A model generated the notes under the pieces. That model was not told the origin of the DNA and searched no databases. It worked only from the letters and a program-made list of their open reading frames with translations. From an uncultured virus (IMG/VR IMGVR_UViG_3300042542_003718) (Duplodnaviria; Heunggongvirae; Uroviricota; Caudoviricetes; Herelleviridae): a stretch of DNA of 64,000 nt. The stretch lies in the IMG/VR virus record IMGVR_UViG_3300042542_003718; one strand, given 5' to 3'. Positions 37,073 to 46,779 of this stretch are shown piece by piece; positions within the stretch are counted from its first letter, which is position 1, and each line of letters begins with the position of its first letter. Both the position numbers and the translations under genes were made by a program.

Positions 37073-38704
37073 ATGATTGCTACTGAATGGGAACGCCTCC
37101 GATTAGTTCCCTTAGATAAAATTGAACATACGCAAGATTTAACAAAATACCTAAAGAAACCAGAAGGCAAACAACAATTAAGATCCATTCAAAACGAGAT
37201 GCTATGGCAAGCAATCGACCGAAGGGGCTTACTTGGTTTTGTTGCCTGTGGTGAAGGTAAAACATTGGTTTCTATGCTTCTACCATCTGTATTGCGTTCT
37301 AATCGCCCTTTGTTATTGTTGCCCGCGTTTATGATTACACAACATAAATCAGATCGTAGTTCTTATGGTTTACATTGGGACTTGAAAGAGATGAAAGTGT
37401 TATCATATGAGACTCTTAGTTCTCCCAAAAGACTAAAAGAGCTTGAGGACTACGCCCCCGATCTGATCATATGTGATGAAGCGCATTTACTACGCAACCT
37501 AAAGAGCGCAAGAGTGAGACGCCTTGATAACTACATGATCAAGTTTAGCCCGATGTTCTGTGCGCTAAGTGGTACTTTGGTTGCGCGCTCAATTGTTGAT
37601 TATTCGCATTTGGCATCATGGGCGCTTGGTGCATATTCAAGCATTCCTAGAATTGCATCTATCGTACAAGAATGGTGCTTAAGCATTGAAGAGGGTATCC
37701 CCTCTAAATTAGTAAATACGATCATCCCTAAGGGTTCAAAAGAAGAATATCTATCAAGACTACAAAGAACAAAGGGAATCGTTATAACTAAGAGTCAAGA
37801 GGTTGGGGCGTCCCTAGTAATCAATAAAGAAAAAATAAGCATGCCAGCCAGTCTAAAAAAGAGTATTGCAATTGCTATGAGTACTAATGACATTGTAAGC
37901 GCCACAAATGAAATACTAGACGCCGAACAGCTTGAAGCAGTGTTTCAATCATCCGATCTATGGACGCCAAAAGACGCGTTTTTACTTAGAGTATGGGGGC
38001 AAATTTCATGCGGTTTTATCTATGCTTGGGATTGGGAAGATAGAGAAATTGATCATGAGTGGATTGAGTACAAGAGGGCATGGGGGCGGGCATCGTTTCA
38101 AATGCTTGAGCGATCGAGTTTTGATAGTATCTCTTTGATTTCACAGTATGCAGAAACAAAAGAAGCGCCTAAGGCCCTTTCTATAGCGTGGCAAAATTGG
38201 AAGCGTGTAAAGGATAGGGAAGCGCCAAAAACAAAGGCGATTTGGCTTGATGATTTCTTGATTAACTATGTTAAAAAGTGGACTCTTGAACAGTCTGAAC
38301 CTGTTTTAATATGGTGCGCTTACGCCGCCCTAGCGCATAGATTAAAGGGCGCTTTGAATTGTGAATTATATGGGGCGGGCAACGATGACGCACAAAGACT
38401 TGATACAAATAAGCATAGTGCACATACGGCGATCATGAGCATTCAAGCACATGGGACAGGGAAGAATTTACAGGCTTGGAATAATCAGATCATCGTTCAT
38501 CCGCTCTCTCATCCGAGCACATGGGAACAAATGTTAGCTAGGACACACAGACCAGGACAAACAGCGGATGAGGTACATGTATCTATTTTAAACATGGGCT
38601 TATTTGCTAAATCGTTTAATAAGGCGCTTAGAGATGCTCAATATATCCAAGATACAACAGGACAAAAGCAGCGCTTAATTTATGCAACAAAGAATAATAA
38701 ATAA
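37073..38704 (+). CDS. SF2 (SNF2-like) helicase
   Basis: GEGKT, DEAH, SGT, GKNLQ, EQMLARTHRPGQ. Confidence 0.85.
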   Translation: MIATEWERLRLVPLDKIEHTQDLTKYLKKPEGKQQLRSIQNEMLWQAIDRRGLLGFVACGEGKTLVSMLLPSVLRSNRPLLLLPAFMITQHKSDRSSYGLHWDLKEMKVLSYETLSSPKRLKELEDYAPDLIICDEAHLLRNLKSARVRRLDNYMIKFSPMFCALSGTLVARSIVDYSHLASWALGAYSSIPRIASIVQEWCLSIEEGIPSKLVNTIIPKGSKEEYLSRLQRTKGIVITKSQEVGASLVINKEKISMPASLKKSIAIAMSTNDIVSATNEILDAEQLEAVFQSSDLWTPKDAFLLRVWGQISCGFIYAWDWEDREIDHEWIEYKRAWGRASFQMLERSSFDSISLISQYAETKEAPKALSIAWQNWKRVKDREAPKTKAIWLDDFLINYVKKWTLEQSEPVLIWCAYAALAHRLKGALNCELYGAGNDDAQRLDTNKHSAHTAIMSIQAHGTGKNLQAWNNQIIVHPLSHPSTWEQMLARTHRPGQTADEVHVSILNMGLFAKSFNKALRDAQYIQDTTGQKQRLIYATKNNK

Positions 38705-38790
38705 TTTGTAAAATAATTTGACAAACTAGAAAAACATGATAATTTGAACTTATCAAACATGCTCAACCCTTAAAACAAGGAAATGACAAA

Positions 38791-39300
38791 ATGACATTTG
38801 ACATTAGCAAATACGCCGGACAAATCGCACAAGCGACACAAGCCAGAGTCTCACGCGAAAACATCGCACAAGGTGACCACATTTTACAAATTGAGGGCGT
38901 CAAAGGCCTCACAAGTCAGAACGACGGTTCAGATTATATCATTATCGAAGCGTCTATTTACACAAGCACCACAATGCAACAAGGCACACCAGTAAAGCAC
39001 ATGTACAAACTTACAGGCGTACCTTCTTGGAAACAAAAGGGCAATCTTGAAGCGCTCAAGTCTTTTGTTTGTTCTGTTTTACCCCCTGAATTTCGTTCAC
39101 AAGTTAGCGCCGAAGTTGTCATTAATGCTTGCAATGGTGGGACTGAATCGGCGCTTGTAAATCATCAAGTTCGTTGTAGAGTCGTTGAAAAGAAAAGCAA
39201 ACTTGAAAAGGCATTTCTTGAGACTAATTGGATGCCTGTAGATGGTGCATTACCCCAATCAAGAAATGATGACGATGACGCCAACGATTTACCTTTCTAA
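38791..39300 (+). CDS. Putative single-stranded DNA-binding protein
   Basis: Acidic C-terminus DDDDANDLPF; in the replication module. Confidence 0.6.
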   Translation: MTFDISKYAGQIAQATQARVSRENIAQGDHILQIEGVKGLTSQNDGSDYIIIEASIYTSTTMQQGTPVKHMYKLTGVPSWKQKGNLEALKSFVCSVLPPEFRSQVSAEVVINACNGGTESALVNHQVRCRVVEKKSKLEKAFLETNWMPVDGALPQSRNDDDDANDLPF

Positions 39301-39361
39301 AAAGATTGACAATCTAAAAGAAATTTGTTGACAAAGTACAAAAAACAGCTAAAATCAAAAT

Positions 39362-39422
39362 ATCTCTGTAGTAGAGGTTAAGGCGTAGAAAGGCCCGAGC
39401 GTTGATTCGTTCGGGTTTTTTT
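39362..39422 (+). ncRNA. Candidate small RNA (~60 nt)
   Basis: TTGACA(39328)-16 nt-TAAAAT(39350) followed within ~60 nt by a terminator; no ORF between. Confidence 0.5.
39392..39422 (+). terminator. Intrinsic terminator
   Basis: GGCCCGAGCG-TTGATT-CGTTCGGGTT followed by a T run. Confidence 0.8.
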
Positions 39423-39464
39423 ACATCTAGTTTCTAGGATACTTATTTTAATTATTTAAATTTA

Positions 39465-39507
39465 TTGACAATTTGAAAAACTCAAGTTATTATGGGACAC
39501 CTTAGCC
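39465..39507 (+). promoter_or_regulatory. Sigma70-like promoter of the DNA polymerase gene
   Basis: TTGACA-17 nt-TATTAT, then CCTTAGCC. Confidence 0.75.
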
Positions 39508-39524
39508 ACACAACAGGAGAACCC

Positions 39525-41411
39525 ATGAAATACGTCGCTATTGATACCGAAACTCATCTAATTGTTGATAACAATGTGCCCGCCCCTATTTGCTTGACCG
39601 CCTTTTTAATGGATGATCAAGATAACACCGATTCATTTATCGCCCGCTTTGATGCTTCATTGTACGCATGGTTAAAAAGTATCTTTCTAGACACCAGCCG
39701 AACAATCATCATGCACAACGCCGCTTTTGATCTATCTGTCATCTGTGCCGCATATCCCACGCTCTACGCCCCAGTATTCAAGGCGCTTCAAGAAGGTAGA
39801 GTACATGATACAGGTATCATCGAAAAATTACACAAGATCGCACATGGGGGCGAGGGCGTAGGGATGATGGATGTAAACGGAACAAAAGTATCTAAATTAA
39901 GCCTTGCCGGCCTTGTTTACAAATACTTCATGATCGACATTACAGCCTCTAAACAGGCGGATTCTGTACGATATAACTACGATTCGCTTAGAACTCAATC
40001 CCTTGATATTTGGAGTCATGAGGCTAAGATTTATGCGGTTTATGATGCAATGTACACATTCCTTGTTTATCAAGTTCAAATGGTTCAAATTCCACAAGAT
40101 GAGATCATGGGACACGCTAAACAAGTAGCCTATGATTTCGCCTTACGCTTGACCGGTTCGCATGGCATCTGTGTTGATCAATCAAAAGTAGAAGCGGTGA
40201 AAAAGAGCTTAGAGGATGCAATCAAAGAGACCGCCGCCCCTTTACTTGAAAAAGGTATCTTGAAGATTGAAAAGAATGAGATCAAAGAGAACAAGAGCAT
40301 TTTGAAAGCAAAAGTACAAAGTGCATATGAGAGCATGAAAAAAGAGATCAAGAAAACGAATTCGGGCGAAATTAGCATAGATAAGGGCGCGCTAGAAGAG
40401 AGTGAAGATGCAGACCTGTTATCACTCTTAGAATATAGGGAAATTACTAAATTGCTAAGTACTTATATTGATTCTGTTGAAATGGTCAATTTGCCTATGA
40501 TGGATGGTAGATTACGGTGCGATTATGAAGTCTTGCAGGCAACAGGGCGAACCAGTTCAAAAGACCCTAATCTACAAAATTTGCCCCGTCGTGAAGGCAT
40601 TCGTGATTGTTTTGTCCCTAGTAATAATTTTATCTTTGTTGCGTGTGATTATGACGCGGCAGAGCTAAGAACGCTTGCCCAATGTCATCATTCAATCACA
40701 GGCAAAGAAAGCCCGCTTTTAAGCATGTATAAGCAAGATTCAGGGTTTGACCCTCATACATGGTTTGCGTGTAAAATGCTTAATATTACCTATGAAGAGG
40801 GCATGACTAGAAAAGCACAGGGCGACAAAGAAATCAAGAAACAAAGACAAAGGGCAAAGGCTTGTAATTTTGGATTTCCGGGCGGTATGGGCGCAAGTTC
40901 CTTCATGGCATACGCTAAGGGGTACGGCGTAGCCCTGACAAGAGACGAAGCGCAAGAGTTAAAGAATCAATGGTTTGATGCATGGCAGTTATGGGATTGG
41001 TTAGATCATGCACAAGCCGCACAAGATCAAGGATTTGTAATTATTCCACATTCACAACGAAAGCGGGGGCGTGTATCGTTTACGCAGGCCTGTAATACAC
41101 CCTTTCAAGGATTGGCAAGCGACGGGGCAAAAGAAGCGCTATTTCGTGTTTCTTTTGAGTGTTTCGCTGATACTAAATCTTCTTTGTATGGCGCCCGCCC
41201 TGTTGTCTTTATTCATGATGAAATCATTATTGAGGCGCCAGAACATAAGGCGCAAGAAGCGGCTAAGAGATTGCAAGAAGTCATGATTGAAGCAATGCAA
41301 GCATTTTGCCCCGATACACCTATTGAGGCATCACCAACGCTTATGCGCCAATGGTCAAAGAATGCAGAAAGTAAACTAGATAATAATGGTAACTATACGA
41401 TTTGGGGCTAA
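39525..41411 (+). CDS. polA: Family A DNA polymerase with 3'-5' exonuclease
   Basis: DTET, HNAAFD, YD exo motifs; TGRTSS..PNLQN, DYxxxELR (A), KACNFG (B), IHDE (C); AGGAG SD. Confidence 0.95.
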   Translation: MKYVAIDTETHLIVDNNVPAPICLTAFLMDDQDNTDSFIARFDASLYAWLKSIFLDTSRTIIMHNAAFDLSVICAAYPTLYAPVFKALQEGRVHDTGIIEKLHKIAHGGEGVGMMDVNGTKVSKLSLAGLVYKYFMIDITASKQADSVRYNYDSLRTQSLDIWSHEAKIYAVYDAMYTFLVYQVQMVQIPQDEIMGHAKQVAYDFALRLTGSHGICVDQSKVEAVKKSLEDAIKETAAPLLEKGILKIEKNEIKENKSILKAKVQSAYESMKKEIKKTNSGEISIDKGALEESEDADLLSLLEYREITKLLSTYIDSVEMVNLPMMDGRLRCDYEVLQATGRTSSKDPNLQNLPRREGIRDCFVPSNNFIFVACDYDAAELRTLAQCHHSITGKESPLLSMYKQDSGFDPHTWFACKMLNITYEEGMTRKAQGDKEIKKQRQRAKACNFGFPGGMGASSFMAYAKGYGVALTRDEAQELKNQWFDAWQLWDWLDHAQAAQDQGFVIIPHSQRKRGRVSFTQACNTPFQGLASDGAKEALFRVSFECFADTKSSLYGARPVVFIHDEIIIEAPEHKAQEAAKRLQEVMIEAMQAFCPDTPIEASPTLMRQWSKNAESKLDNNGNYTIWG

Positions 41412-41708
41412 TTAAATATTTTTCTTTTGTTGTAGGTTTACTAATCTCTCTTCAATCCTACCCAATAAAACTTTGATATCTGAAATCTCTGACACTAATT
41501 TATCTTGCTTAGTATCCATTGATCTAATCTCTTGTTCGATAGATACATGTTTATCTGTCAAACTCTTAATCTCTTGCTCTAGTCTAACTAATCGTTGTTC
41601 TTTATCACTTAGTGACTTGTAGATAGGGTAGACAGAGGAAATCAAGGTTGATAGACCGGCGATTGAAATTGTAATTGTCTGATTATCCATTTTGTTCATC
41701 CCTTCCAC
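41412..41708 (-). CDS. Holin-like protein (N-terminal TM + coiled coil)
   Basis: Hydrophobic N-terminus; adjacent to the endolysin. Confidence 0.45.
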   Translation of the reverse strand: MEGMNKMDNQTITISIAGLSTLISSVYPIYKSLSDKEQRLVRLEQEIKSLTDKHVSIEQEIRSMDTKQDKLVSEISDIKVLLGRIEERLVNLQQKKNI

Positions 41709-42175
41709 TGTGTGAGAGTGCCACGAATATCATAATGAACAAAGTTTTCATAGATACCTACGCCGCCTTGTTTCATTTTGCCTTGATCAATAAGTTTCAA
41801 GATTGTTTGTTGAACTTGTGCGGGCGATAACCCTTCAATTCTGATATCTGATGCCTTCGCTTGTAGGTGCTGACTATTCTTTGAACCTTTACACTGTGTA
41901 TTTAGCTTTTGATCTCGGTAGCCCCCGCCAGGAATGATCTTGATAGGGCGCTTTACTTCGTTTCTAAGTACTTGAAGATTTTCTAGTAGTTCTTGCGCAT
42001 TGTCTAGTAATTCGCTAGGAACGCTACAAGAGTACTCTAGTTCACTAATTGAAAAGTTTTCAGTCCCTAATTTCTTATCTACCGAAGGCACAGAATCCGC
42101 CGGCAATTGCTCCAATGGTACTAAATCCGAGGTTGAAGTATTCAGAGATTTTTGTGTTCTTGTTCTCACAGCCAT
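41696..42175 (-). CDS. Peptidase M15 endolysin (start uncertain)
   Basis: GYR...SQH...ASDI...GxGxY..FVHYDIRG. Confidence 0.85.
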   Translation of the reverse strand: MAVRTRTQKSLNTSTSDLVPLEQLPADSVPSVDKKLGTENFSISELEYSCSVPSELLDNAQELLENLQVLRNEVKRPIKIIPGGGYRDQKLNTQCKGSKNSQHLQAKASDIRIEGLSPAQVQQTILKLIDQGKMKQGGVGIYENFVHYDIRGTLTQWKG

Positions 42176-42353
42176 TTAATGCCTCCTTGAGTTCATCATT
42201 TTGTTGTTTCAATTGTTTATTCTCTTCTTTTAGTCTATTTATTTCAAGTTTCAAGTTTCTAAGTTCTTGAGCAAATAACTTGATCAACGCATCATCTTCT
42301 TGAGCTTGTGTAGTAGAAATGAGAAGGCATGTGAAAAGTACTATGTTTTTCAT
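42075..42353 (-). CDS. Exported coiled-coil protein with C-terminal hydrophobic segment (spanin-like?)
   Basis: Signal-peptide-like MKNIVLFTCLLISTTQA; in the lysis cluster. Confidence 0.45.
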   Translation of the reverse strand: MKNIVLFTCLLISTTQAQEDDALIKLFAQELRNLKLEINRLKEENKQLKQQNDELKEALNGCENKNTKISEYFNLGFSTIGAIAGGFCAFGR

Positions 42354-42859
42354 TTCCATGCCTTAATCAAAATATGACATCTAAAAGAAGAACTCCCAGC
42401 ATCACCGGAAACATTTAATTGACCACCTGCCCCCCCACCAACCTTTAAAACTCTTAATTTTAGATCGACGCCCGTAGATAGACAATCTTGATACACTATA
42501 CATTTTTCTTGAATGTATGAATACGCTGTTTCTCTATAAAATATAAGGCTGCCAACTGATGAAATATGATTATTTGAGGTATCTGTTAAAACATATTGAA
42601 TATTTTCTGTTGTGCTAGGTGTTGTGTCTGTAGCCTTCAAGCGAACATCAATTACATATTTCCACCCCGCCTCAAGGTTGATTTGTGCGCCGGTCGTTGT
42701 AATTATGGGGTACCCTATAGAGGATGCCATCTGTACTTGTGTTTCTGTGCCAAAAATTACGCTATCTGCAAAGGTAGAAGAAAGCGCCGTGTCTATATTT
42801 GCGGTATATATGCCCAAAATAGATAGGTTCATGCGCTTCTCTGTTGAAAAGTAACTCAT
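42350..42859 (-). CDS. Tail-fibre-associated beta protein (MSY family 3)
   Basis: Closely coupled to the upstream gene; beta-rich. Confidence 0.55.
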   Translation of the reverse strand: MSYFSTEKRMNLSILGIYTANIDTALSSTFADSVIFGTETQVQMASSIGYPIITTTGAQINLEAGWKYVIDVRLKATDTTPSTTENIQYVLTDTSNNHISSVGSLIFYRETAYSYIQEKCIVYQDCLSTGVDLKLRVLKVGGGAGGQLNVSGDAGSSSFRCHILIKAWK

Positions 42860-42860
42860 A

Positions 42861-43247
42861 TTATTGAATCCTCCACATTTGGGTAAACATTTTTCTATCT
42901 CCTGTTATAATTGCAGCGGTTCCGACTGCTGTTGAAGTCATAGAAATAGAACTTCCTGGTGTATTTACGCCTATCCATACATCATCTGTCCCTGTTTGTG
43001 TACCAGATACAAAATTACAGCGAACAGTTCCCCCGCCCCATGCAAAACCATTCCAATTATACCAAACAATTAAACCCGATACAGAATTGTTTACGGGAAT
43101 ATAAACCTTACTTTCTAAAAAATATTTATTCCTTGCTGTCAGTGAGGTTATAGTGTGCGCTGTTACATCATCACTAAGAATAGTAGCCCCATTAACATCT
43201 ATCTGTATTGCTTTTGTTCCTTGTGCTTGTGATGGGTCATAACTCAT
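42861..43247 (-). CDS. Tail-fibre-associated beta protein (MSY family 2)
   Basis: ATGA overlap at 43244-43247 gives start MSYDP. Confidence 0.55.
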   Translation of the reverse strand: MSYDPSQAQGTKAIQIDVNGATILSDDVTAHTITSLTARNKYFLESKVYIPVNNSVSGLIVWYNWNGFAWGGGTVRCNFVSGTQTGTDDVWIGVNTPGSSISMTSTAVGTAAIITGDRKMFTQMWRIQ

Positions 43248-43621
43248 AAGGGGAATCTCCAAATCTGTAATCTGCTATTATTTGTAAGAGCTAGATCTGC
43301 GTATAGTGAAAATGTTACTTGTGCATCCGCTTGAATAGATGAATATTGTTCATCTAGCCCCGAATTGGTAGACCTTGCGCCTACAGAATACATATCGCCA
43401 TTTATGCCATCTACTATATGATAATAATTGGTGGCGGCGGTAATACATGGGGAACTTATAATGAAGTATTCAAAACCTTGTTCAAGTGTGATCGTATCTG
43501 AGGCAATAGAGGGGGTAAAGTCCCCATCTAAAAAAGAAAAAGCAACATTCCCTGCGGCGGTTGAGGAAAACGCACATAGCGCAAAAGATACACTAATATT
43601 TCTTGCAATACTATAACTCAT
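43244..43621 (-). CDS. Tail-fibre-associated beta protein (MSY family 1)
   Basis: TAATG overlap with the fibre gene. Confidence 0.55.
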   Translation of the reverse strand: MSYSIARNISVSFALCAFSSTAAGNVAFSFLDGDFTPSIASDTITLEQGFEYFIISSPCITAATNYYHIVDGINGDMYSVGARSTNSGLDEQYSSIQADAQVTFSLYADLALTNNSRLQIWRFPL

Positions 43622-46425
43622 TATTCAATTCTCCATCCGAGATTTGTTGCTGTCATAGTTATAGATGAGTTCTGAAGGGATAAAGCAAATGTTGTCGCCC
43701 CATCTATAGTTTCAGTACCATTTGCATCTATTGTAAGGGTTCCAGTTCCTAGCAATTTAATTACAAGTTCAAGACCATCACAAGTATTTACAGCGGGTAA
43801 ATTGACAGTTACAGCGCTTGCTCCATTGCTAATATAGTATTTCTCTTTTACCGATGCCGAATTAGGGGCAATCGTGGCCGGAAATGCTGAAATAACAGCA
43901 TATGGGGCACGTGTCCTGCCGCCACCGCTCACTGTACCAGGTTTCCACTGTGAACTAGCACTTTCCCAAACTAGCGCTTGTCCATTTGTTGGCGCTGTGG
44001 TTGCTGTGTCTACATCTGATAGCGCATTAACTGAAAAACCCGCTAGAGATACTACAGCATCAATTCTTGAGGCGCCTGTGTTATTTGTGAATGTGATTCC
44101 TGTGTTTGTTTCATTGCCACTTGCAAGACCAGCACCGGCGGCGCTTCGTGCTAAGGCGTCTGTATACTGTGTGATGGTTGAAGCAATTACGCCACTAGAT
44201 ACAGTTATTCCCGAACCTGCTGTATAGTATGCCTTCATCGCTGTATCTTGTGTACCAATTGCATTGTCAACATACTTAGAATTTACAGACTTTGTAGAAT
44301 TGTCATTAGCGCCTAAATCGGGGACAATTGGGGAAGATGAGAATGTTTTAACGCCTGCAATTGTTTGCGCTGTTGTCATACGTACAAAGTCTGTTGAATC
44401 TAGACCATCAAGTAAATCAGCATCTAGACCACTACCGGAACCATCAACAGTCTTGATTTTTGTGAGTACGTCGCTTGCTGTATAACTTGTAGCATCAAGT
44501 TTGCCAGCTAACCCATTGTCTACATAGGCCACAGTTGCAAAAGTCAAAGAGCTTGTTTCTAGTGTGTCTACACGTGAATCTAAAGCGTCTGTGATACCGG
44601 TAACATAGAGCTTAACTGTTGGTGCATCGGGCGCTTTGGTTGCGTCGTCAATATCATTTGTTACGGCGGCGCTTAAAGCTCTTGAATCTGTGAAATAAAG
44701 TTTAGAGGCTTCACCTTGCGCCCCGTTGCCTTCGCTTATGTCTCCTGTGTATAAAGTAACGTCGCCAATCTGTCCATTTACTTGATTAACAGGTGCGGAA
44801 GAGTTATAAAGGGCAATCCATGAAGGGCCATCGGAATCATAGATATAATTCCCATTGTTTGAAGATGTGCCGTCATTTACCACGATCGCAACGTCGCCGG
44901 TATTGATTCCGGTCAATGCGTCTCGTTCTGCAATGGTTTGAACTACATATGGCTTGGTTAGTGCAAGGGGCGGTATATGGTGATTAGGAATATAGCCATT
45001 TGCGTCTAGTTCAGCGACACCATTCGCAACGCCCTTATCAGAAGTTCTAAGAAGCTGCGCCGAGTCGCTTAATTGTGTACTAGCGGTTACCAAGGTTGGT
45101 TTGTCTCTTAGTTCAGTATAACTACCAGTAAAAGAAGTTTCTACGCCTAAAGCGCTAATGAAATTCGCTGACGTTGTGAATGTTTTTACTGTGTTATTTG
45201 AATACCCTGTACGCCCCGCAATCACTACACCACTTGTCAAATTAGTCTGTAGTGTGTTTAAGCCGCTACATTCTGAAACAATGATTAGGAATGGTGAAGC
45301 TACATTTGAAGGGATGATACGAAGGTTATTCAGTGAACAACGATTAAAGTAAATTGTGCAATTTGTAATATTTGAAATTAGAATGTTTTGATTTGCAAAT
45401 TCGCAATCTGTAAAGGTCATAAAGGTAGCGCTTGAGTCTGTCACGCCGTCAATAGTGAGACCTCCTAAAAAGTCAACACGATTAAAGATATGGCGGCCCT
45501 TAGTCCCTGTAATGCTAGCCGCACCCTCAATTTGCAAGTTAGTAATGCGAATGCGTTCACTTGTCCCACTGATTGAAAGACCACGCCCGCCCGCTAGTTC
45601 ACAAATTGTATTGCCTACCTCGGGGCAAATGATACCTAAATTAACTTTATCTTCAATGGACAAAGTAGATCCGCCGTAAGAACCAGCGGAAGCATAGATC
45701 ACATTCCCTTGATCAGCCCCAATTTCATTGATTACCGCTTGAAAGTCGTTTAGGCCGTCGTTTACATAGTATGAGTTACTATGTAAATGATGAGCTTCTA
45801 CATCGTCTAAACGAAGATCAAGGGCGTTGTCTGCATTGGTCCTATTAGTGATCTCACTTTGTAAATCAGCTTCTAAAGCTCTAAGATCAACGCCGGCGGT
45901 TAGTGTGAGAATGTCCGCTTGTAGGTTATCAATATCTGTTTCAGCGGTGGTTACTCGTGACGCCAAGTCTGTCACAGATTGAGAAGATGCCTTGTTTGAT
46001 AGATCAGATTCGGCGCTTGTCAATCGTGTATCAAGCCCGCTTACTTGTCCGTCTAGTGTGCTTACTTGCCCTTCTAGTGTGCTTACTCTTGTATCAAGTG
46101 CATTGTCTGCATCTGTTCTATTTGTGATTTCTGTTGATAAGTCACTTTGTAGATCAGAGATATCTTGTACAATTGCTGCGCTTGCTGTATCAAATCTTGA
46201 TTGTGTCCAATAAAGGTTTGTACCTTCTGAAATGTTTGACGTGGTCAATGATACATTACCATCAACATCAGGCGAAACATTGTTGACTGAATCAACGGTA
46301 CCCTGTCCCATACCTCCAGGAATTTGTGATAGTGGAACTTTGCCGGTTTCGTCTAGTGTGGCAACCCCGCCCGCTTGTCCCTTTTCTGATTCAGGAATAC
46401 CTTTGTTCTTGTAAAGAGTAGCCAT
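43621..46425 (-). CDS. Tail fibre protein
   Basis: GVAxLDxxG repeats, heptad coiled coil, beta-helix-like middle, GSGLDADLLDG motif. Confidence 0.8.
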   Translation of the reverse strand: MATLYKNKGIPESEKGQAGGVATLDETGKVPLSQIPGGMGQGTVDSVNNVSPDVDGNVSLTTSNISEGTNLYWTQSRFDTASAAIVQDISDLQSDLSTEITNRTDADNALDTRVSTLEGQVSTLDGQVSGLDTRLTSAESDLSNKASSQSVTDLASRVTTAETDIDNLQADILTLTAGVDLRALEADLQSEITNRTNADNALDLRLDDVEAHHLHSNSYYVNDGLNDFQAVINEIGADQGNVIYASAGSYGGSTLSIEDKVNLGIICPEVGNTICELAGGRGLSISGTSERIRITNLQIEGAASITGTKGRHIFNRVDFLGGLTIDGVTDSSATFMTFTDCEFANQNILISNITNCTIYFNRCSLNNLRIIPSNVASPFLIIVSECSGLNTLQTNLTSGVVIAGRTGYSNNTVKTFTTSANFISALGVETSFTGSYTELRDKPTLVTASTQLSDSAQLLRTSDKGVANGVAELDANGYIPNHHIPPLALTKPYVVQTIAERDALTGINTGDVAIVVNDGTSSNNGNYIYDSDGPSWIALYNSSAPVNQVNGQIGDVTLYTGDISEGNGAQGEASKLYFTDSRALSAAVTNDIDDATKAPDAPTVKLYVTGITDALDSRVDTLETSSLTFATVAYVDNGLAGKLDATSYTASDVLTKIKTVDGSGSGLDADLLDGLDSTDFVRMTTAQTIAGVKTFSSSPIVPDLGANDNSTKSVNSKYVDNAIGTQDTAMKAYYTAGSGITVSSGVIASTITQYTDALARSAAGAGLASGNETNTGITFTNNTGASRIDAVVSLAGFSVNALSDVDTATTAPTNGQALVWESASSQWKPGTVSGGGRTRAPYAVISAFPATIAPNSASVKEKYYISNGASAVTVNLPAVNTCDGLELVIKLLGTGTLTIDANGTETIDGATTFALSLQNSSITMTATNLGWRIE

Positions 46426-46740
46426 TTAAATACCTCGTTCCCATGCTGTCAATGTGGCTGTTACTTCGTCTAAATTGTCATTGAAGATTACTTTCACTTG
46501 CTCAAATAAAGGGGCATCTTTGCCGGCGATCATCACTGTATCAAGTTCACTTGCTCCTAAGATATGAGACTTAAAGTCACTTTCACCACAGGGCAAAATG
46601 TAAACGTCAAAAGTGCCCCCGCCAAGATTACTACATGAAACTTGAACATTTGAGGGATAGCGGGCAAAGTCTACACGTGAATTGCTGCGTGTAAAAGTTA
46701 CTTGATTTATATCAGTTAACTTCGTTGTTTGGTAAGTCAT
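46426..46740 (-). CDS. Hypothetical (possibly structural) protein
   Basis: AAGGAG SD; upstream of the fibre gene. Confidence 0.6.
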   Translation of the reverse strand: MTYQTTKLTDINQVTFTRSNSRVDFARYPSNVQVSCSNLGGGTFDVYILPCGESDFKSHILGASELDTVMIAGKDAPLFEQVKVIFNDNLDEVTATLTAWERGI

Positions 46741-46779
46741 AATTGTTTCTCCTTCTTATTGATCATAGTATCTTGTTAT

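Noticed and set aside
46033..46090. 21-bp tandem repeat
   Set aside because: Heptad repeat of the tail-fibre coiled coil.
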